Shown here piece by piece: positions 52,882 through 64,000 of a stretch of 64,000 nt of DNA (position 1 is its first letter; every line of letters begins with the position of its first letter). The notes under the pieces were generated by a model. The model ran no database searches. It saw only the letters and a list, made by a program, of their open reading frames with translations, and was not told the origin of the DNA. The stretch covers positions 12,504,676-12,568,675 of the forward strand of contig CAJINV010000001.1 in NCBI GenBank assembly GCA_905178155.1. The letters run 5' to 3'. The position numbers were made by a program, and so were the translations under genes. The stretch comes from Amoebophrya sp. A120 (lineage: Eukaryota > Protista > Dinoflagellata).

Positions 52882-53596
52882 GCATCATGACAAAGAATTG
52901 GCTCCGGCTGAGTCTGTCTTCGGCATGGGCGAAAAGCACATGATCTTGCAAGTGACACGGTTTTTGCCACGCATACGGGAAATTGCATGGGAGAACCACG
53001 GTATACACTGCTACGTTTTTTGTTTTATGCTCCGCAGAAGTTTTACTGCAAGCATGATCAGTGCCAAAGGCGCCGCATTTTTGAAATCATGATCCACAAA
53101 CAGCTCGCGAGTACCCCGGTTTTGAGATGCCCGAAAGCTAGATGCGAAAAGAGGGTTGACGAGTTATGGGTCCGTACAATGCAACCAAGAAGAAAAAGTA
53201 AGCACAGAGCATGAAGAGAAGGGTAGACATAAACCGCTTGGTGATGTGCATGATGCAATCAGCGCTGCTTGATTCGCAACCTTTTGCAGCAGCACTCGCT
53301 TGGCTTGCTTGAAAGAAGATGAAAACTCAGCATTTACTAGGAGGGACATGGATGGCGATTGCACTGGACGCGAGTGTGCGTCTCATGTCGCCTGGAGATC
53401 GCCGAGTTGGTGTCGTCAATAATATTTGGCAGATGTTCTTCATTTTCAGAAAGAAATACGGCTGTTGTTTTTTTTCGCGATTAGAACTGAAAAATTTTTG
53501 CCAGCAGATTTTTATACAGAGCAATTTTCTTTTCCTGTTCGTTCCTGCCTCTCCGCATTATTGCTTGCAGCACTGCCCCATCATGGTATAGCCAAG

Positions 53597-54766
53597 ATGT
53601 TGCTCTCAACCAGCGCACTCTCATCCGCCCTGCCCGAGGTGTGTGCGGTTCTCTTCGCATACCTTTGTGTGCAGTTCGGGCGGATTTCGAAGCCGAAATC
53701 AAGGGCCGCGGCCGCTACGCTTTCCCAGAAAGTGGAGAAGAAATCGAAAAGGAGCTCCTCCACCGCGGACGAATCTGCTGCCGGAGCGGAAGTTGAAAAG
53801 CCGCAGTCGCGCAAGCGAGTCGCGCTCAAATGGCTGTCGTTCGGACTCTACCATGCAGCAATTGCTTATCTGGTCCTCTGTGCGGTTCCAAGCCTACAGA
53901 GGTGGCTTTTTCCGGTTTTTCACGACCGAGTCGGAAGTCAAACGGCACCGATGGCGACAGCAGCAACGATTTTCGCGGTGAACGCGATCGCTTTTCACAG
54001 CCTGTGGCTCTCCGGTTGGCACCACCGGGTAAACTACGAGCTCGCAATCAGCAAGTACCTACCACCCGGCGGCGTCTGGAAAGTGTTTTCGCTCTTGCTT
54101 GTCTACCTTTTCGCACCGGAATGTTGCAGTATTGGCCTCGGCAGCGACAACATAATTGTGGAAGATTTGATGTCTGGGGAGAAGCTGTACGCTACTCTGC
54201 ACAGCTTCATCGCGACGGATTCCGTCACAATAGCCATCACCGTGGTGCTGACGCTCGGGACAACGGCAGTGCTGTTACTCTGGCACCGGTGGGCGAAGCT
54301 AGACTACAGCGACTTGGCGATCAAGAATACGAGGATTCTGAATTTATGCTCGGTGGCGTTTATCAACGGCTACGTGGAAGAGGTGGTTTTCCGTGGGTTA
54401 TTTCTGCAGAAGATGTTTTTTCACTTCTACAAGTGCAGTGCCGGATCTTCATCAACAGCAGTTCTTTCGCTTGACCGAACTACAGCAAACATGTACACAA
54501 TCGTTCGAGAAGAGGAGGGGGAAATAAACTTCGGAGAAATTTTCTTCCACCGACCGTTCACCGCCTGGGGCGTCGCAAGCGTCCTGCAGGCACTGGTTTT
54601 CGGCTGTCTTCACTACCACGGGATCCCCAGTGGCTTTGTCGGGGTTTTCCTCACGTTCATCTACGGCTGGATAATGGGGGCGCTGGCCATGTACGGAGGC
54701 AGTATGCTGCTACCGGTTTTGCTCCACACCGCAGCGGATTTTGTTATTTTCTACGCCATCGTGTAG
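53597..54766 (+). CDS. CPBP/Abi (type II CAAX protease-like) intramembrane metalloprotease
   Basis: Motifs EEVVFRG, FGCLHY and HTAADF; many TM segments; start codon uncertain. Confidence 0.85.
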   Translation: MLLSTSALSSALPEVCAVLFAYLCVQFGRISKPKSRAAAATLSQKVEKKSKRSSSTADESAAGAEVEKPQSRKRVALKWLSFGLYHAAIAYLVLCAVPSLQRWLFPVFHDRVGSQTAPMATAATIFAVNAIAFHSLWLSGWHHRVNYELAISKYLPPGGVWKVFSLLLVYLFAPECCSIGLGSDNIIVEDLMSGEKLYATLHSFIATDSVTIAITVVLTLGTTAVLLLWHRWAKLDYSDLAIKNTRILNLCSVAFINGYVEEVVFRGLFLQKMFFHFYKCSAGSSSTAVLSLDRTTANMYTIVREEEGEINFGEIFFHRPFTAWGVASVLQALVFGCLHYHGIPSGFVGVFLTFIYGWIMGALAMYGGSMLLPVLLHTAADFVIFYAIV

Positions 54767-55476
54767 GTGGTCATGGACATGGTTGATTTTGGTGCCCAGA
54801 CAGTTTCTCGCCCACCTAGAGGCGAGCACACATGTTGGTTTTCCAAGATACGCAGCAAATAATTAAGTTGTAACCATGTCGAGACAAGAAGCCGTGTTTG
54901 TACAGTATGGCCTCGACAAGATGATGCTGGTGCAGTTGCCGAACAGATGTGAACTTGTTTCCGCATTGCAATATGATGTTTCCGCTTCACCAAAGGTGAG
55001 AGGAGTACATCTAGGTCGTTACCATTGTGATATAGCAAGAAGCCAGATAGACTGCTGATGTGTGTTCGAGGCGGAAATTTTGATGTCGCATGTGGACGGA
55101 AGTAAAAAGCGTAGCTACAAAGCGTGAGGAAACGGTAACGGACGATGAGATGTGAGTCGTGGTTCCAAAAACGAAACGCAAATTCCGATGTGTGCAAAAC
55201 TCTAGAAGTGTGCTAAGAGTAGGCCGCGAAACATTTCTCTGATTTTGGCTTCAAAAATAATTATGAAAACCTAGCAATTATACTACATCAGTTTCAGTTG
55301 TCAAGAAACTCGTCGGTCGTCACAGACCTCCTTGTGACTAGCAGCAAAATGTCTCGCGGCAGCCCGTTTTCGTAGGAAGCCCTGCAGCTACATTCCGTGC
55401 GACTCCGGTCTGCTAGACAGCTAGTAGCTTCGATTGCAGCGACGTATACCAGATCTAGCGAGGCGCTCCTGCGAAG

Positions 55477-59601
<4,125 letters not shown>

Positions 59602-60539
59602 AGTTTTTGGAGAATGAAAATTGTTATTGTTGCGCAAAAAATTTTCTCGTTTTAGCCAAAGCGCTGAAGCAAAGTTTTATTTGAAGTAGCTCTAGAATCG
59701 TGAGAAGAAGGATATACATTTACCCGGATGCCACGAATCCAATATCAACAAACAAAGCAAAGCTTCACGCTCGCGGAAAGCGAGGCGGGTGGTTAGGTTT
59801 TTTTGGAATCATTGACATTCCGTGGAGGTGCTGTTGTCACACTGCTCTTGAATGATTTTTCCTCTTTATCAACAAATCTATTGTGCGCCAGATTTCTCAT
59901 CTGGCAAGCAAGATGCACTTGGATGCGTCTACCTGAATTTTTCCTCTGTGCATGAGAACGAAAGTTCGCATTTATTTTGACTGAAATCATAAGTGTTTCA
60001 GTCGAGGAAACATGATGAAGTTTTTTATGTCTGCAACTGTCGCTGAAGCGCAGGCGCACTGGTGGAGCACAACTACCTACCCCTTGCACCAAAAGACATG
60101 TGCCTCAGTGTTCATCGCGACGTCAACAAAGCCCAGTGTCGGTCAGAATTAAGTCAATGGCTCCTGGTCGAAAAGTTGAAATTTTTTGCTGATCCGGTTT
60201 TCTAATTTTGTGTTTGCAAAAACTGTACCTGCTTTCGCTTTGCACATCACTGGTTTTTCGACCATTTTGCACTTTACGTTCTGTTATGCTCACGCACTTT
60301 TCTCTTCTTCAGGAGCCATCTGGTTACAGCCACACATCTTATCAAGTACTATTGCACGTCGACCCATCATGAACTACAATCAGTCTCTGCTTTACCACGT
60401 TTTCTATACGACCTAATTTGTTTGTCGAATATACTAGAAATAAAAAATGTGATAGTCATTACTTTTTGACGACTGACCCATTTACCAGTGGTCAGGATAA
60501 AAATATCCACTCCCGGGGAGGTTCTTTATCGAGCGAAAA

Positions 60540-61964
60540 ATGGCGTCGCCCACGAAGGACGACGGCAAGGCCGTCGCGCGGGCGATGAACAACCTACAGG
60601 CTTTCGCCATGCTCGGCCCCGGCATTCTGACCAACACAATGAGCTACGGCGTCGCTCCGGAAACGGGGCAGGACTCAGAGCTCCCAGACGCGTCGCCCAC
60701 CAAGGAAGAAGAACCGCCGGAGGTGACAAAAGCTGCTGACAATCTCCCGGTGATGAAACCTGGTATCAAAATCCGCCTAAAGAACAAAAGCGTGTTGCGG
60801 TTTTCTATTTTTTCTTGTTGCCTTTCCGGCGTAATTAAGTAGCTGATTTCGATGTATACCACACAGTAAGTCTCCACAGACATTCACATACCAATGTCTA
60901 CTTCGCGTGTTGAAAATACCTACCCAGGCCCCGCAGTCAGCCGAGACCAGCTCCTAGAGCTGTTGAAGGAACTCGACAGCTACAAACCCACGGCCAAGGA
61001 GGTGACAAAGCTAGGAGCACAGCTCATAAAAGAGGGCTCTTCAAAGCTTTCTTTTATACAGGCGTGGGAGAAAATCGAGGCACTGGGACTGCCACCGGAT
61101 CCATTTGACAAGTATAGTAGTTTTGGTTTTTCTACTGTTTATAATTTCTGAGCCTCTATTACATTAATGTGCAAGTCCATTTGGTCAGAGACCTGATTTA
61201 CAACGTGCCGTTGCAAAACAACTATCGCGAATAAACAAAACACAGGCACAACCTGTCGGAGGCTCGGTTTCAGGAACTCTTGAGCCAGTACGTGAACGAC
61301 GACGAAGTTTGCAACAAGGCGAACGCCATTATGCAGAAGATGCACGAACCCGTGTTGGATGCAAACCGTAGCAAAAAGGATCTGTCCCCGGAGCAGGTGG
61401 TCCAAATTCACAAGCACATGATCGACGTTCTGAAGGATACCATCACGGAATTTTCCGCGCTGCCCCGGGAAAGGAGACATAAGTTCTCGGCGAAGCAAAC
61501 GGAGACCGTGTCGGAACTGTTGGTTTCTATGTCCGTGGAGCGGAAGTTTGGAGCAAATTCTGACGATGTGGAGGCCGGGTTGATGAAGTATGAATACTTG
61601 ATGAACTCTGAGCAGGGCGGAGGACAATTCGCGGAACTCACACAGCAGCTGCAGGGTATGAGACTTTACTTTTACTACTTGCAGCTTTAGATAGTATTAT
61701 TTTTCGTAGGATGATAGATGAGATGCATCGACATTTATTTTGATCGAGAAGACGACGGGCTTCTTGCAACAGAAGCCGAGAAAAGCAATGAATCACCCCA
61801 CTTATCTTGATCGATCATTTTCCTATCAGGTTACATGTCTGTGCTGATTTCCCACGCAAGGCCACGGCTTACTGCGGAGAATTTCCGAGGGCTGCTGGCC
61901 GAGCTGGCCAGACAAAACAAGAAAATGAAATCAAACATGTCCGAGATGTATGCCGCGTGGAGCG
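60540..61964 (+). CDS. Helical hypothetical protein, multi-exon; 3' end interrupted at the 61965 element
   Basis: Exons MASPTK..., PAVSRDQLLELLKEL..., HNLSEARF..., GYMSVLISHARPRLTAENFRGLLAEL... joined by GT-AG introns; no stop before the element. Confidence 0.6.
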
Positions 61965-62243
61965 TATCCTGTGCAAAAACATCTCCACCCCAGAGTTGTC
62001 ATTCAGATCTGCAAGCACAAGAGCATTTGTAATGCGCATCCCCATGAGAGGCATTTCCCATCGTGTTTTGGAACTTGTAATGCTGTGAACAGGATAAGGA
62101 GATGGATTTGTTATGCGGCTTCCCTTGAAAAACTGCATTACACTACAGCCTGCAACTTGTCATGCGTGGCTCCCAAAACTTTAAGGTTTGTGTTGCAAAA
62201 TCCCCGTCTTGACTCTGGGGTGGGGACGTTTTTACAAATGATA
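61965..62243. mobile_element. Introner, family C (279 bp), with non-matching flanks
   Basis: Near reverse complement of the 50470 copy with intact TAT...ATA ends, but flanks are gagcg and taggt. Confidence 0.9.
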
Positions 62244-64000
62244 TAGGTCCGAAACCTCTTCCGGCTCGATCTTCACGATCGCCCCCGCCGCGGCTTCGAA
62301 CACTTGTATGGGAGTGTCAGGATCGAAATCGTCAAAGTTGAAATAATTTCTCATGCATAAATTGCAAGGCATGAAGTGCCTCTCTTGCAGGGATGGCAAG
62401 TGAGGCCGACTGTCAGCCAGTTTGGGGTCTGAGATAGAGCTGCTGAAGTGCATGACAAAAGACGCCTTCTGTCCCTAAACAGCATGACAAACTGGATTTA
62501 GACGGTGCCGAAATTTGTCATGCGCCACTTGGAAACTGGGCTTTCAACTGGTATCGATTTCATGCATTACAAGTTCTTTCAACTTTGTCGATTTCAATCC
62601 TGACACATCCATAACTTGGGGCTCCCTGTCATAGTGAAAATTTGATAAGTACAAAGTTTGCACAAATGTACTTGCCACAAGTAGTTGTTGAACGCGAAAA
62701 CCAAAACCGCCAGCGCGAGCGCCGCGCGAAACGCGGCATTACAAACACAAACTAAAAATAAAACTTGCGTGGTCTTTCTCGCATGACAAATTGTTTCATC
62801 ATGATCATGTGAATGAAGTCTATTCCAATTTTTTGTACGGACGACGAGAAAAAAACATTCGTGATCGGTATAGGGAAAAAACGCAATACGCCAACTTCAC
62901 CCGGACCATTTCGTCCTCGTCGATAGCGAAAGTATTCCACTCCGGCACTGCGATGTAGCACGCTTTGTAGTAGTCCGACGCGAACCGGCCCTCCTGAAAC
63001 CTCGTTTGCATCTTATGCAGGAAAAAAACTATGTACTGATGCAGAAAATGCAACACAGTTACACTTGTCATGCTGGAAGTGCGTCATAGCCGTGCTGCAT
63101 ACTGTTTTCACGTACTAGCTGCGCATTACAGGGTGTTTCTGTAATGCAAAACGAATTTCTTATGCTGCCCTAGCTACAAAGTTACGCTCACACAGTTTTT
63201 TTCACGGATACATCTTGGCGTTCTTGCACTGTTCCGCGTCGATTTTGTAGCCGATCAGACGAAAGGAATCCGTGAGCACGCAGGGGTAGCGGCTTCCCTC
63301 CCCGGTCTTCGTGTTCTCATACAGTTCGGCCCGGAGAACGTATGGCACCACGCTGCCGTCGGCCTTCGACATCTCGAAGGGACTGGACTCTTTCACGAGC
63401 TCGAAGGTCGCGGAAGTAGTTTTCCCGGTAGAAGGAGTTGCCTTCTCTTTATTTTCGCCGTCTTCGCCTTGCTGCTTCTCGTCATCCCGTCTTGTTTCCT
63501 TGATCCTAATCCGCTTCGTGCGCTGCAAAGATTCTTGTTCTTCTACCTGCTCCCTCGTGCTGGTCGCGACCGTTTCCTTTTTTTCCCCGACCGCCAGCGC
63601 CGCGGAGGGGTTGTAGTACTCTGCGTCACTTGTGACCGCGAACGGTGCCGTCCTGGTGTCGCGGTCGACATGATGATCGGGCTCGATGCGATTTACCACT
63701 GTGGCGCTCGTCTTCCTACTAGCTCCACTTGTTTCTCTTGCCCTTTCATCGTGGTAGTTTTCTGGTCCCGCGAGGCCACCTGCTCTTTGTTCACCAGACT
63801 CATCATGGTTCGCGGACAATGAAGGTGGACTGGCTTTATTTTTTCCCACGAAAAGGCTCTCGTCGTCATCTTCCGTCGGCTCGAAGATGTCCCGGAGCTG
63901 CACGGGTTCTCGGCGCAACATGCGCCTCCGCTCGGCGGCGACGAGAAAAAGGGTAGGTGTGGCATCGTTCTGCGTCGAAGGCACAGGGTTGGAGAGAAGC
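62244..64000 (-). CDS. Hypothetical protein, multi-exon; begins beyond the window end and runs into the 61965 element
   Basis: ORF 63202-63984 continues as KMQTRFQEGRF after introner removal; further short exons stay open to 62244, frame of the last exons ambiguous. Confidence 0.55.
62307..62613. mobile_element. Introner, family A (307 bp), inverted relative to the 29039 and 52505 copies
   Basis: TIR tatgggagtgtcaggatcgaaatcg...atttcaatcctgacacatccata; TSD acttg. Confidence 0.92.
63014..63210. mobile_element. Introner, family F (197 bp)
   Basis: TIR tatgcaggaaaaaaact...agtttttttcacggata; TSD catct; removal gives KNAKMQTRFQ. Confidence 0.88.

Noticed and set aside
62821-62888. Short TAT...ATA segment with weak inverted ends inside the last minus-strand gene
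   Set aside because: No 5-bp TSD, poor TIR, and it can also be read as a GT-AG intron, so it was not counted as an introner

Overview
Eukaryotic, gene-dense, intron-containing DNA. It is most consistent with the parasitic dinoflagellate Amoebophrya (Syndiniales); this is an inference from the intron architecture, not from a search. Genes from 1 to ~31.9 kb are all on the minus strand: SCY1-like kinase, DUF2237 protein, ML-domain protein, TIM9, TauE/SafE transporter, a CREST-like membrane protein and a cytosolic carboxypeptidase. Genes from ~38.6 to 62 kb are all on the plus strand: ABHD17-like hydrolase, REV1-type BRCT protein, CPBP/Abi protease and MCM6. A repeat-rich block with an assembly gap separates the two arrays. 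The main feature is 15 short elements (171-326 bp, six families) with terminal inverted repeats (TIRs), all inserted in coding exons and all bounded by TAT...ATA. Fourteen have an exact 5-bp target-site duplication (TSD), and removing the element plus one TSD copy restores the reading frame and conserved motifs. They therefore behave as non-canonical introns (introners). Most cannot be cut at GT-AG, every multi-copy family occurs in both orientations relative to transcription, all share a GCAT[G/T/C]ACA motif, and ten lie in mixed-family pairs 40-63 bp apart. One copy with mismatched flanks joins two convergent, apparently truncated genes. A degenerate copia relic and the repeat block show apparent AT-to-GC drift. 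All gene models were spliced by eye and are approximate.
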